Shown here: one piece after another, positions 30,822 to 42,611 of the stretch | Layout: the number at the start of each line of letters is the position of its first letter | Numbering within the stretch: position 1 is the first letter of the stretch | Made by a program: the position numbers and the translations under genes | NCBI GenBank assembly: GCA_963806435.1 | Contig: CAWEBD010000157.1 | Span: 26,809 to 90,808, forward strand | Direction of reading: 5' to 3' | Source of the DNA: an uncultured Bacteroidota bacterium | Lineage (GTDB): Bacteria > Bacteroidota > Ignavibacteria > Kryptoniales > JAKASW01 | Length of the DNA: 64,000 bases | The notes under the pieces: generated by a model | Told to the model about the DNA's origin: nothing | Database searches by the model: none | The model's input: only the letters and a program-made list of their open reading frames with translations

Positions 30822-31080
30822 TGTGTTCCCTCAAAACAAATGGAAAAGGAAACCCGATTCCGGCATTTCGATTTAAACTGGGACAAAGGGGGCACAAAGT
30901 CCGAAATTGTCTCTGTGGGTTTTCTCTACAACATGGGCGGTCGTGTTGTTGGGGTTTTCAGCGACGGCTGATGTCTGAAGAGGGAAGATTGAAAGCCAAA
31001 TGGGAGATTGAGGTCCCGACTATTTCTTGCGCTATATGTTTCCCGGGACCGGTGTCTTTGGAAAAAGGGGTGTTAGCGTG

Positions 31081-33543
31081 CTAAGGCTTAAACAGGAGTT
31101 CAACATCGAAGAGAACCGGATGTCCATCAGGCTCAAGCTTCACTCCGGAATCCATTCCCCACAGCCACGGAAGCTCTTCGACCAGCTGGGAGATTCTCCC
31201 GAGAAGCTCTACAAGGTCGCTGGATTCATCTAAGCCCGCGTTGTTGATCATCGTTCTCGCGTCCCTATCCGTAAGAGGGGTGATTCTCTGGGAGAGTTGT
31301 TTTCCGAGGGCACTGAGGAAGATCAGCGGACCGAAATGGGGATCGGACTTTATTCTTAGCTGCGCGATTTCACCCGGAGCCTGTCCCTTCTTTGCTTCTT
31401 CCTTCGGTGTGCCGGCGCCCGACGGCACCACTCTGACACCGAAAGACTCTAATATCCCGGCGGCCTCTTTGCCAGAAATCATTACCAGTTCCTGACCCGT
31501 GCGAGACGATTTTCCCTTTTCACTGCGTTCTTCAATGATGGTCGCCAGCTTCTCCCGTGCCGCGCCGAGATCCACGTCCTCAAACCATAAAAGCCGTCCC
31601 TGCGGTTGCCGCCGGTTCTGGGCGTACTCAGTTACTCTGGCAAGTGCGAGCGCGGCCGATTCGGGAAAGCGGTACGAAGGGAACACGGACCGTGCCGAAT
31701 TCTTATCCCCTGACTGAAACGTGGCCGATGTGGCGGTCTGGACCGCCTTCGTCGTGCCCATAAGGCAGAGCACCACCGGCTTCTTCGCGCGGGTGGCACG
31801 TTCGGCGAAGACAACGCCTCTTCGGATAGCTCTGCCGACCGGGTCGGGGTCGCATCCGCCGATGCAGGCGAATATTGCAATAAGCGAATCGATTTCATCT
31901 TTCTCGAGGAGTGCGTTCACGGATCGCTCGTAGTCTTCGGCTGTAGCGAGGGGCCCGAGGTTCACGGCGCTATCCCTGGTGACGGAGAGGCCGTTCGACT
32001 CGCACGCGTCGGCGCAGATGGTGAGAGCACCGCCGGCGTTGCTTAGTATGGCGACCCTCTTGCCGCCGGGCAGCGGCTGGTTGGCTAAGAGCATGGCGGC
32101 GTCGAACATCTCTTCGAGAGTCTCCGCCCTGATCACCCCGGCCTGCTGAAACAGAGCGTCCACTTCGATGTCGCTCTCGCTGCCGTTGCTTCTCACCTGA
32201 GCGGTCTCGCGCCCTGCTTTGCTCCGCGCACTCTTCACGCAGAGAACGGGTTTCTTTGAAGAGATCCTCCTCGCAACCCTGGCGAAGCGCCGGGGGTTTC
32301 CGAAACTCTCGAGATACAGCAGGGCTATGTCAGTAGCTGGATCCTCCTCCCAGTACTCCAGAAGATCGTTCCCCGATACGTCGCCGCGGTTTCCACCGGA
32401 GACGAAAGTGGAAAACCCTATACCTCTTTCCGCGGCGTAGTCGAGGATCACAACGCCGAGTGCGCCGGTGTGGGAAAAGAAACCGACATTACCCGAAGGG
32501 GGCATAATATCGGCAAGGCTCGCGTTCAAACCGGTCTCGTTTCTAGTGTTTATTATTCCGAGACAGTTCGGCCCGATGAGCCGCATGCTGTTGGATCTTA
32601 CCGTTTCCACCAGTTCCGTTTGAAGGCGAGCTCCTTCATCTCCGTCGTCGGCAAACCCGGCGCTCAGGACGATGATACCCTTTGCGCCGACATCCGCCGC
32701 CTCCCTGACGATATCAAGAACGTTTGGTGCCGGAACGGCGACGATGACAAGCTCGGGATGCTCCGGGAGATTCGTGATCGATGAGTATGCCTTTACTCCC
32801 ATGATTGATGTCGCCTGGTTGTTCACCGGGAAGACTGTGCCATTGAAATTCGATTCAAGAATGTGCCTGAAGACTAGACTCCCTGCCGCGGTTTTGTCTC
32901 TCGAAGCGCCCACGACGGCGATCGAGGACGGCTTCAGTAAAGGGTTCAGAGAATTGGCCGATGCGATACGGTCTCTCAATTCCGCGCGCTCGCGGACGGC
33001 AGCATTGCCGGTCACGGGGAACTCGATATGAACAGTGCTTCCTCCGATGGCCTTAACGACTCCGAAACCCGCATCGCTGAAGACGGTCATCATCTTGTCG
33101 TTAGCGGAAAGCATCTCCGCCTCGAATTCCACGAACCCGTTCGCGGCGGCGATCCCCGCCAGTCTTTCGAGAAGGAGAGTCCCGACGCCTTTGCCGTGGT
33201 ACGCGTCGCCGACGAGGAAAGAGACTTCCGCGGCGTTTCTCACGGCCAGGCTCACGTAATTGCCGATGCCTATTATTTTGCCGTTCGCGTCCCCACCGAG
33301 AACAGCAAGAAGGCTGGCGCTGTCGGCCGGGTTGTTCACGCACATAGCGTCGATGACCGATCTTGATACGTAGTTGACTCCCGCCATGAAGCGGAAGTAT
33401 CGGCTTTCTTCGGAGACGCTGGTTATAAGGCTCTCGACGGAACCGGCGTCCTCCGGTGTCGCGAGCCGAAGCGTTATACCCGATCCGTCACGCAACAGTA
33501 CATGCTCGTGATACTCGTGCCATTCCCTAATGATTCTGAACAT
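31081..33543 (-). CDS. GNAT N-acetyltransferase fused to an NDP-forming acyl-CoA synthetase-like region (Pat-type protein acetyltransferase, GNAT N-terminal)
   Basis: N-terminal GNAT (HGKGVGTLLLERL), then a CoA-binding region IAVVGASRDK...LIGPNCLGIIN, then an ATP-grasp-like C-terminal region. Confidence 0.85.
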   Translation of the reverse strand: MFRIIREWHEYHEHVLLRDGSGITLRLATPEDAGSVESLITSVSEESRYFRFMAGVNYVSRSVIDAMCVNNPADSASLLAVLGGDANGKIIGIGNYVSLAVRNAAEVSFLVGDAYHGKGVGTLLLERLAGIAAANGFVEFEAEMLSANDKMMTVFSDAGFGVVKAIGGSTVHIEFPVTGNAAVRERAELRDRIASANSLNPLLKPSSIAVVGASRDKTAAGSLVFRHILESNFNGTVFPVNNQATSIMGVKAYSSITNLPEHPELVIVAVPAPNVLDIVREAADVGAKGIIVLSAGFADDGDEGARLQTELVETVRSNSMRLIGPNCLGIINTRNETGLNASLADIMPPSGNVGFFSHTGALGVVILDYAAERGIGFSTFVSGGNRGDVSGNDLLEYWEEDPATDIALLYLESFGNPRRFARVARRISSKKPVLCVKSARSKAGRETAQVRSNGSESDIEVDALFQQAGVIRAETLEEMFDAAMLLANQPLPGGKRVAILSNAGGALTICADACESNGLSVTRDSAVNLGPLATAEDYERSVNALLEKDEIDSLIAIFACIGGCDPDPVGRAIRRGVVFAERATRAKKPVVLCLMGTTKAVQTATSATFQSGDKNSARSVFPSYRFPESAALALARVTEYAQNRRQPQGRLLWFEDVDLGAAREKLATIIEERSEKGKSSRTGQELVMISGKEAAGILESFGVRVVPSGAGTPKEEAKKGQAPGEIAQLRIKSDPHFGPLIFLSALGKQLSQRITPLTDRDARTMINNAGLDESSDLVELLGRISQLVEELPWLWGMDSGVKLEPDGHPVLFDVELLFKP

Positions 33544-33891
33544 AATACTGCCCTTTCTAACTGCAATTTAGTTCTGAATGATCCACCATGAAAGTCCTGC
33601 CAGCCCAGCGTGTTCATCGTGTCCGGGAGCGCCGTTGTTCGAAGCCGAGGGGATTCTCATAGACTATTCCTTCGATAGGTTTTTTATTTCGAGGCTCGAT
33701 GGAAAACAGCGGGCTATTTGGCCTGATTTCGGGCTCTTCCGGGGTATTTATTCTCCGACTCTTGAAAACTTTATCGAGAATAAATAGGTTTAAATGTATG
33801 TAAGGCGTCCGGGTGATGCACGCAGGGTTTATGTCAATCCGGACAGGAGTCTTCTATCGCCTAACGGCACATTTATAAGGAGGTAAGAACC

Positions 33892-35997
<2,106 letters not shown>

Positions 35998-36030
35998 TAT
36001 ACCGTTGACCGAAATAGCGGCTTGAAACGT

Positions 36031-36071
36031 CCGGCAAGATTCGATGGTCGAGGTCTTGCCGGATTTTTTAT
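36031..36071 (+). terminator. intrinsic terminator of acs
   Basis: CCGGCAAG-16 nt-CTTGCCGG followed by ATTTTTTATT. Confidence 0.7.
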
Positions 36072-36254
36072 TCCGCGAATCGGCTGGCTACGCCCATTGA
36101 ATTTGCATGGTTGAGCGGATGCCCTTAAGTTAAATTTGGACGACATAAGGGCTGCGATCGTTACGCCGTGGCGCGGACCACCGTCGTACCCTCATTTCGT
36201 CTTTGATCCGAATAACTATTCGCAAGAATCGTCCGAGTCGGTTAAGGTGAGAAC

Positions 36255-37736
36255 ATGCAATTGGCGCAGTCAATACCGATTGAGTATTTCCTTCTTATCG
36301 GCTCAATTCTTGTCCTGTTAAGCGTCTTCATAGCGAAGGTGTCGGATAGCCTCGGTCTGCCCGTGCTCATCCTTTTCATGGTCATTGGGATGCTCGCCGG
36401 CTCGGAGGGGATAGGCGGAATCTACTTCGACAATGCGCAGGTCGCGCAATCGATCGGTATCGTCGCGCTCATCTTCATACTTTTTGCAGGAGGTCTGGAT
36501 ACAAAATGGTCCCAGGTCCGCCCGGTTTTCTGGCAGGCAGCGGGGCTTTCTACGGCGGGTGTGTTCTTGACGGCCTTCGCCGTCGGGCTATTTGTGTCTC
36601 GCCTTCTCGGTTACTCGCTCCTGGACGGATTTCTCCTCGGCGCCGTCGTCTCTTCGACCGATGCCGCCGCGGTGTTCGCGGTTCTCAGATCGAAGAAGAT
36701 CAGCTTGAAAGGGCACATCCGTCCGTTGCTTGAACTTGAATCGGGGAGCAACGACCCGATGGCCGTCTTCCTCACCATCGGAACCATTCAGCTAATTATG
36801 TCGGGCCGCGGTTCGCCTCTCGGGATCGTTTCGCTGTTCTTCATTCAGATGGGAATCGGTTTGTTGTTCGGGCTCATCATCGGGAACTTGATGGTAATTG
36901 CTCTGAACCGGCTGAAGATATGGTTTGAGGGTCTGTACCCTGTAATGGTCCTTGCGTTTGTGGCGTTTGCATACGGAGCGACGGCACTCGTCGGAGGAAG
37001 CGGGTTCCTCGCCGTTTACGTGGCGGGTCTTGTGGCAGGTAACAGCGAATTCGTCCAGAAGAAGAGCCTGTTGAGGTTCTTCGACGGTTTCGCCTGGCTC
37101 AGCCAGATAGGGATGTTTCTGACACTGGGGTTGCTGGTGTATCCGTCTCAGTTGACCTCTGTGGTGGGAGTTGGGCTTTTAGTATCTATTTTCTTGATGT
37201 TTGCCGCCCGTCCGCTTGGCGTCTTCCTCACGATGAGTCTTTCCGAAATGGGTTGGCATGAGAAGGCATTCGTCTCATGGGTCGGCTTAAGAGGAGCGGT
37301 TCCAATCGTGCTTGCGACGTTTCCGTTGATCGCAGGACTCCCGGGTGCGAGGATGCTCTTCAATCTCGTCTTCTTCATAGTGCTTACTTCAGCATTGCTG
37401 CAGGGATGGTCGGTCCCTTTTGCAGCGAAGCTTCTCAAGGTGGATGCCCCGATGAAAATCAGACAGCGGCACCCGATAGAGTTTGCTCCCATGGAGGGAA
37501 TCAACGCGGACCTCGTCGATTTTATCGTGCCTTACAACTCTGCGGTGATTGGGAAATCGATCGTCGAACTCGGCCTGCCGCAGGATACCCTTGTTGTGCT
37601 GATCGGGAGAGACGACGAATACATCGTTCCGAGCGGCGGTACCGTGCTGCAGGAAGGAGACACGCTTCTGGTGCTGGCGAGCGCTGAGAATCTCCCTGAA
37701 GTGCGCGCAAGTCTTCAGAGTCTGAAACCTCGTTAA
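36255..37736 (+). CDS. K+/H+ (cation/proton) antiporter, CPA1 NhaP2/CvrA type with C-terminal TrkA_C domain
   Basis: 493 aa: about 12 TM segments followed by a soluble domain DFIVPYNSAVIGKSIVELGLPQDTLVVLIGRDDEYIVPSGGTVLQEGDTLLVL. Confidence 0.85.
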   Translation: MQLAQSIPIEYFLLIGSILVLLSVFIAKVSDSLGLPVLILFMVIGMLAGSEGIGGIYFDNAQVAQSIGIVALIFILFAGGLDTKWSQVRPVFWQAAGLSTAGVFLTAFAVGLFVSRLLGYSLLDGFLLGAVVSSTDAAAVFAVLRSKKISLKGHIRPLLELESGSNDPMAVFLTIGTIQLIMSGRGSPLGIVSLFFIQMGIGLLFGLIIGNLMVIALNRLKIWFEGLYPVMVLAFVAFAYGATALVGGSGFLAVYVAGLVAGNSEFVQKKSLLRFFDGFAWLSQIGMFLTLGLLVYPSQLTSVVGVGLLVSIFLMFAARPLGVFLTMSLSEMGWHEKAFVSWVGLRGAVPIVLATFPLIAGLPGARMLFNLVFFIVLTSALLQGWSVPFAAKLLKVDAPMKIRQRHPIEFAPMEGINADLVDFIVPYNSAVIGKSIVELGLPQDTLVVLIGRDDEYIVPSGGTVLQEGDTLLVLASAENLPEVRASLQSLKPR

Positions 37737-37756
37737 TGGCAGGGAGGGTAAAGCGT

Positions 37757-38383
37757 TTACTTTGTTTTTCTGAATATCAGCACGACTTCACCGGCGACGA
37801 AGAACTGCCTGTCGTCGGGAGGGAAGCTGAGGATCTGGTAGGACTTGTTCGAGGGTTTGAGGTGGACTTTTTCGTTCGCGAGTTCGTAGAACCTGACAAT
37901 CAGCACGCCTGCCGCGCTTCCGAGGACGAGGGAGTTCTGGTCCGGCTGCGGGACGCGTCTGCAGACGACGTAATCTCCCTTAAACAATCCTACGAAGTTC
38001 ATCGCATCGTCGGAGACTTTGACGGCAAATAATTCTCCATCGGGGAGGAGTTTTGAGTCAAAGTGAAGGACATCGACGATATTCGAGAAAATAATCTCCC
38101 GTGATTCGATTCTTGATACGACGGGGATTGTTCGGACTGAAGGAGGAAGGTCGGGGTTATTAAGTTCAGTTCTGGGCAAGTTGATGCCGCGTGAGCGGCC
38201 GGGTTCTCTCTCGATATACCCCTTTCTTTCCAGCGCTTTAAGGAGGTCGCTGACCGCCCTGGTAGAGCTAATTCCCATCTGCCCACCGAGTTCACGGAAT
38301 GTGGGCGGTTTTGAGTGATCTTTCATGTAACGCCTGATGAATTCAAGCGCTTCGCCTTGCCGTTTAGTTAACCCTCTTGCCAT
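37757..38383 (-). CDS. LexA-like repressor with degenerate S24 peptidase domain
   Basis: N-terminal winged HTH: LTKRQGEALEFIRRYMKDHSKPPTFRELGGQMGISSTRAVSDLLKALERKGYIER. The C-terminal domain aligns gaplessly to E. coli LexA but has Ala for Ser119, Arg for Lys156 and Ser-Arg for Ala84-Gly85. Confidence 0.8.
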   Translation of the reverse strand: MARGLTKRQGEALEFIRRYMKDHSKPPTFRELGGQMGISSTRAVSDLLKALERKGYIEREPGRSRGINLPRTELNNPDLPPSVRTIPVVSRIESREIIFSNIVDVLHFDSKLLPDGELFAVKVSDDAMNFVGLFKGDYVVCRRVPQPDQNSLVLGSAAGVLIVRFYELANEKVHLKPSNKSYQILSFPPDDRQFFVAGEVVLIFRKTK

Positions 38384-38500
38384 CTCAAAGTAAATTACAC
38401 AACACAAGTTTAGCTGTCAAGAATTAACCCAAACTTTTGTTTGTTCTGTTTACTACAGAGATTATAACGGCATTGTATGTGAAAAAGAGCGTAAAATTTG

Positions 38501-38540
38501 GTGGAAATTCGGGGATTTGTCAGGTGGGGAAAAAGGGTAA
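38501..38540 (+). promoter_or_regulatory. G-rich direct repeats with 10-bp phasing (candidate distal MraZ boxes)
   Basis: GTGGAAATTC GGGGATTTGT cag GTGGGGAAAA AGGGTAAAAA. Confidence 0.35.
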
Positions 38541-38549
38541 AAATATTGC

Positions 38550-38577
38550 TTGACTTTTGGAGCCGGTTGGTTAAATT
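38550..38577 (+). promoter_or_regulatory. candidate dcw (Pmra-like) promoter, TTGACT-16 nt-TAAATT
   Basis: Hexamers read directly, about 100 nt upstream of mraZ. Confidence 0.3.
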
Positions 38578-38583
38578 TCCAAC

Positions 38584-38606
38584 GTGGTGGGGAAAAGTGG
38601 GGAAGT
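38584..38606 (+). promoter_or_regulatory. tandem GTGGGGAA(A/G)N repeats (candidate MraZ operator)
   Basis: GTG GTGGGGAAAA GTGGGGAAGT lies just downstream of the candidate -10. The GTGGG repeat type is known for MraZ in E. coli. Confidence 0.5.
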
Positions 38607-38673
38607 TTCCTGCTCTTCCCAGTGTTTGCTAAAAAAATGTGTCCGAATGGTTTTCGGAGAAGTTTAGAGGAAG

Positions 38674-39132
38674 ATGTCGTCGTTCAAAGGACGCTACGAA
38701 TACGTTTTAGACTCCAAGGGAAGGCTTAGCATCCCCGCGAAGCTGCGAAAAAGCCTCTCTTCGGAAGCGCATGACACTTTTGTCGTGACTCGTGGCGTCG
38801 AAAAATGCCTTTACGTTTACCCCCTCGATGAATGGCGGCGACTCGAAGAGAAGCTCCGCTCCCTCAACCAATTTCTGGAGAAGCACAGATACTTCATCAG
38901 AACCCTCCTCATGTGGGCTTCGGAAGAATTCCCTCTGGACTCACAATCACGCATCACAATTCCCAAGAATTTGCTCGAATTCGCGGAGATCGAAAAAGAG
39001 GTCGTCATAATCGGCGCCCTCGAGAGAATCGAGATCTGGAATCCCAAGACCTTTAATGAATATTTGAACTCGCAGCCTGAGAACTATGCCTCCGTAGTGG
39101 AACAGATCATGGCCTTTAATGTCAACAAATAA
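38674..39132 (+). CDS. mraZ: transcriptional regulator MraZ
   Basis: Two SpoVT/AbrB-like halves with DSKGRLSIPAKLR and DSQSRITIPKNL. Confidence 0.95.
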   Translation: MSSFKGRYEYVLDSKGRLSIPAKLRKSLSSEAHDTFVVTRGVEKCLYVYPLDEWRRLEEKLRSLNQFLEKHRYFIRTLLMWASEEFPLDSQSRITIPKNLLEFAEIEKEVVIIGALERIEIWNPKTFNEYLNSQPENYASVVEQIMAFNVNK

Positions 39133-40049
39133 TGCCTGTTTATCACGAACCCGTACTGCTAAAGGAGAGTATTGATTTCTTGGTTACCGACTCGAAGGGC
39201 ACATATGTAGACGCGACCTTCGGCGGGGGCGGACACACGCGAGAAATTCTCTCGAGGCTCGCGCCGGCCGGACGGGTAATAGCTTTTGACGTCGACGATA
39301 ACTCGCGCCGTATCGCCGAGGAACTCTCTTCCCAGGATGGGCGCCTGACATTCATCCGTAAAAATTTTTCATATATGGGGGAACTCGGCGAAGAAAACAG
39401 ACGCGAGCCTTTCACCGGTTTTCTCTTCGATCTCGGCGTTTCCTCTTATCAGATAGACAACGAAGAAGGGTTCAGCTACAGGCGTGACAAGAGACTGGAC
39501 ATGAGGCTCGACAAGACGCTGGATACCTCTGCCTACGAAATAATCAACCGGTACGAAGCGGAAGAGCTTGCAAACGTGTTTTTCCGGTACGGTGAGGAGC
39601 CCCGCTCCCGCGCCCTCGCCAGGGCAGTCGTGAAGTCCAGAGGAATGAAAAAAATCGAGACGACCGCCCAGCTCGCAGATGTCGTCTCCCGTGTGTGCGG
39701 AAAATCGGCAAACACTCTCTCCAGGATTTTCCAGGCTCTCAGGATCGAGGTCAACAAGGAACTCGATTCACTGTCATCCGGCCTCGACGCTGCAATCGAT
39801 CTGTTGTCCCGCGGCGGGAGGGTCGCCGTGATATCATATCACTCGCTCGAAGACAGGATCGTGAAAGAGAAATTCAGATACGAGGCGGCAACATGCGTTT
39901 GTCCGCCCGAAGCCATCATCTGTACGTGCGGCAAAACCGCGCGGGTTAAGATACTCACGCGTAAACCGATCGTGCCGGGCGAGAGCGAGATCAGAACCAA
40001 CCGGAGGGCACGAAGCGCGAAGCTCAGAGTCGCGGAGAAGATCATATGA
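39132..40049 (+). CDS. rsmH: 16S rRNA (cytosine1402-N4)-methyltransferase
   Basis: DATFGGGGH, SYHSLEDR. Confidence 0.95.
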   Translation: MPVYHEPVLLKESIDFLVTDSKGTYVDATFGGGGHTREILSRLAPAGRVIAFDVDDNSRRIAEELSSQDGRLTFIRKNFSYMGELGEENRREPFTGFLFDLGVSSYQIDNEEGFSYRRDKRLDMRLDKTLDTSAYEIINRYEAEELANVFFRYGEEPRSRALARAVVKSRGMKKIETTAQLADVVSRVCGKSANTLSRIFQALRIEVNKELDSLSSGLDAAIDLLSRGGRVAVISYHSLEDRIVKEKFRYEAATCVCPPEAIICTCGKTARVKILTRKPIVPGESEIRTNRRARSAKLRVAEKII

Positions 40050-40417
40050 GCGAAGAGGCGAAACAACCCGTCGAGCCGAAAAAACCGACGAAGGGTGCAT
40101 CGCTCTCCGTTTCTAAGTTCATAATCGTTCTGGGGGGAGTCGTCTGCATACTTCTGTTAATCGTGAACAACAGCGTGACGGTCGACGCCCTTGTGGGAGA
40201 CATAGGCTCGCTCGATTCGACTTACGCGCGGGTCAGGTTTCAGAACGATTCTCTCCAGGCGGAATTGAGAAGACTATCGAGTGCGGAAAGAATAACCAGG
40301 ATCGCCTCCGAGAAACTCGGCCTGGTTTACAGCAGCCAGACATTGGAACAGATACAGATCGACAGGGATAAGTTGCAGGAAGCCGAAGAGCAGGATGCGA
40401 GAGACACAACAAAATAA
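40046..40417 (+). CDS. ftsL: FtsL-like cell division protein
   Basis: Position in the dcw cluster, a single TM helix, and a coiled-coil-like tail. Confidence 0.6.
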   Translation: MSEEAKQPVEPKKPTKGASLSVSKFIIVLGGVVCILLLIVNNSVTVDALVGDIGSLDSTYARVRFQNDSLQAELRRLSSAERITRIASEKLGLVYSSQTLEQIQIDRDKLQEAEEQDARDTTK

Positions 40418-42611
40418 TCCGCCCGAAAAGCGCTCGAGAGTGAATTACTCAGGCAGGATAAATTTCCTGCGTGCCGTATTCGCTCTGATATTTGTCGCGG
40501 TCGCCGCGAAGCTGGTCATCATCCAGGGAGTAAGAGGCTTCTACTATCACAGGGTTGCGCAAGACCAGTATGAAAGCCGCGTTGTTCTCCATGCTAACCG
40601 CGGAATGATTTTCGATCGGAACGGCAGTCTGATTGTCTCGAACAGTTACGGCTATTCCTACGCGGCCGATCCTCGGCTTCTCAGCCCGGCAGAAAAGTCG
40701 CAAATCGCGCAGAAATTCGCTGTGGTTTTCAATTTGCCCGTCTCTTATTTCGCCAACAAGCTCGACTCGAAAGCCCGGTTTGTCTGGCTCGCGCGCGATG
40801 TTAATCCCGCCCAGTCAGCTGCCCTCCAGGATTTCAAGATATACGGTCTGATACGTCTCCAGGAGCAACAGAGGCTCTATCCTTACGGCTCTTCCGCGGG
40901 GCAGATACTCGGTTTCACGAACGTCGACGGAAAAGGGGCCAGCGGAGTGGAGCTGGAATTTGACTCCCTTCTCGCCGGCACGAACGGCTACGAGATAATG
41001 CAGCGCGACGGCCTTGGAAGGAAGATGCCTTCGGTTGACTATCCGAAGGTTCCCCCGGTGCCGGGGTGCAACATCCAGCTCACTCTCGATATGAACATAG
41101 AGCAGATCGTCGAGCAGGAGCTCACCGCGGGAATCCAGCGCACCGGCGCGGCGGCCGGTACGGCGGTCTTCATGGATCCCAATAACGGCGCGATACTCGC
41201 GATGGCGAATTACCCGTCGTTCAATCCGGCGGAATACGACAAATACAGTTACGCCGATTCGAGGGACAGGGCAATAACGGACGTCTTCGAGCCCGGCTCG
41301 ACGTTCAAGATCGTCACTGCCTCCGCCGCGCTTGAGGAGGGGATAGAGCAACCCAACGACATGATATTCGCGGAGGACGGGCGGTACACTTTGTACGGGA
41401 GGGTCATTCAGGATTTTGAACGCGCCGGCTGGATAACGTTCAGGCGCGCTGTCGAGTTGTCGAGCAACATCGCTTTCTCAAAAGTAGGCCGAAAAATCGG
41501 TGACGATAAATTCTACAGATATGCAAGAGACTTCGGCTTCGGCGCGCCGACCGGGATAGAACTCCCCGGCGAAGTCCCCGGTGAGCTGGATAAACCTTAT
41601 GAGTGGTCGAAAGTCTCGCTGCCTTTCATGTCGTTCGGCTATGGCGTTCTCGTCACGACTCTACAGATGGCGCAGGCGTACGCCGCGATTGCCAACGGCG
41701 GTACACTGATGAAGCCTTATGTTGTCGACAAGATCACCGATCCCAACGGCGACGTAGTTTTCCAGAACACGCCCATGAAGATCCGCCGGGTCGTGACTCC
41801 GGATGTCGCGCATACGCTTACAGGACTCTTCATCGACGTCGTCGAAAATGGAACCGGCGAAGAAGCCAAGATGAGCAATCTTCTCATCGCGGGCAAGACG
41901 GGCACGGCGCAGAAGCTCGTTGACGGGCAATATTCCAAGAAATATTATCACGCGTCTTTCGCGGCATTCTTTCCGGTCCCCAACCCGCAGATCGTCGGCT
42001 ACATAATGATAGACTCACCGATGAAGGGATACACAGGCGGTGCGGTGGCGGCTCCAATTTTCAAGAGAATTGCGGAACGCATCTACGGCATTATGCAGCG
42101 GAGGACAACCAACCTCACGAACAGCGACATCAGGATGGTCTCCAATACCGGTAAACATGAGAAGACAAATTCGAAGCCTGCCGCGTATGCCCCGGCGGCC
42201 GATGTCAATGCGGGCAGCGCCGGCGGCGTGCGGGTGCCTGATGTTTCGTTTCTCGATTATGCTTCCGCGGCGGCTATACTCAGTAACTTCGGGCTCGACG
42301 CATCGGCGTCCGACCACAGCAACTTCATAGTACTCTCCGAAACGCCGTCTGCCGGGACGGTAGTTGCCAAAGGTTCGACGGTGCAGTTGAAGGTCACCGA
42401 CGCGAGCCATGTCAGCAGGATGCCCAACTTCACGGGCGCGAGTGTAAGGAACGCGACAAGTTTTCTCATGTCTGCCGGAATTCCTTTTCATGTCGTCGGC
42501 AGCGGGAAGATTGTCGGACAGTCCCCGAAAGCAGGACAGCCGGTCAGCAGGAATGTAACCGTAATCATCAACTGTGAAAACAAAGATTTCAACGTATCAG
42601 GGCTCTACTAA
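40395..42611 (+). CDS. ftsI: peptidoglycan D,D-transpeptidase FtsI (class B PBP) with two C-terminal PASTA domains
   Basis: GSTFK, SSN and KTGT motifs. The C-terminal 129 aa form two PASTA-like repeats. Confidence 0.9.
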   Translation: MRETQQNNPPEKRSRVNYSGRINFLRAVFALIFVAVAAKLVIIQGVRGFYYHRVAQDQYESRVVLHANRGMIFDRNGSLIVSNSYGYSYAADPRLLSPAEKSQIAQKFAVVFNLPVSYFANKLDSKARFVWLARDVNPAQSAALQDFKIYGLIRLQEQQRLYPYGSSAGQILGFTNVDGKGASGVELEFDSLLAGTNGYEIMQRDGLGRKMPSVDYPKVPPVPGCNIQLTLDMNIEQIVEQELTAGIQRTGAAAGTAVFMDPNNGAILAMANYPSFNPAEYDKYSYADSRDRAITDVFEPGSTFKIVTASAALEEGIEQPNDMIFAEDGRYTLYGRVIQDFERAGWITFRRAVELSSNIAFSKVGRKIGDDKFYRYARDFGFGAPTGIELPGEVPGELDKPYEWSKVSLPFMSFGYGVLVTTLQMAQAYAAIANGGTLMKPYVVDKITDPNGDVVFQNTPMKIRRVVTPDVAHTLTGLFIDVVENGTGEEAKMSNLLIAGKTGTAQKLVDGQYSKKYYHASFAAFFPVPNPQIVGYIMIDSPMKGYTGGAVAAPIFKRIAERIYGIMQRRTTNLTNSDIRMVSNTGKHEKTNSKPAAYAPAADVNAGSAGGVRVPDVSFLDYASAAAILSNFGLDASASDHSNFIVLSETPSAGTVVAKGSTVQLKVTDASHVSRMPNFTGASVRNATSFLMSAGIPFHVVGSGKIVGQSPKAGQPVSRNVTVIINCENKDFNVSGLY

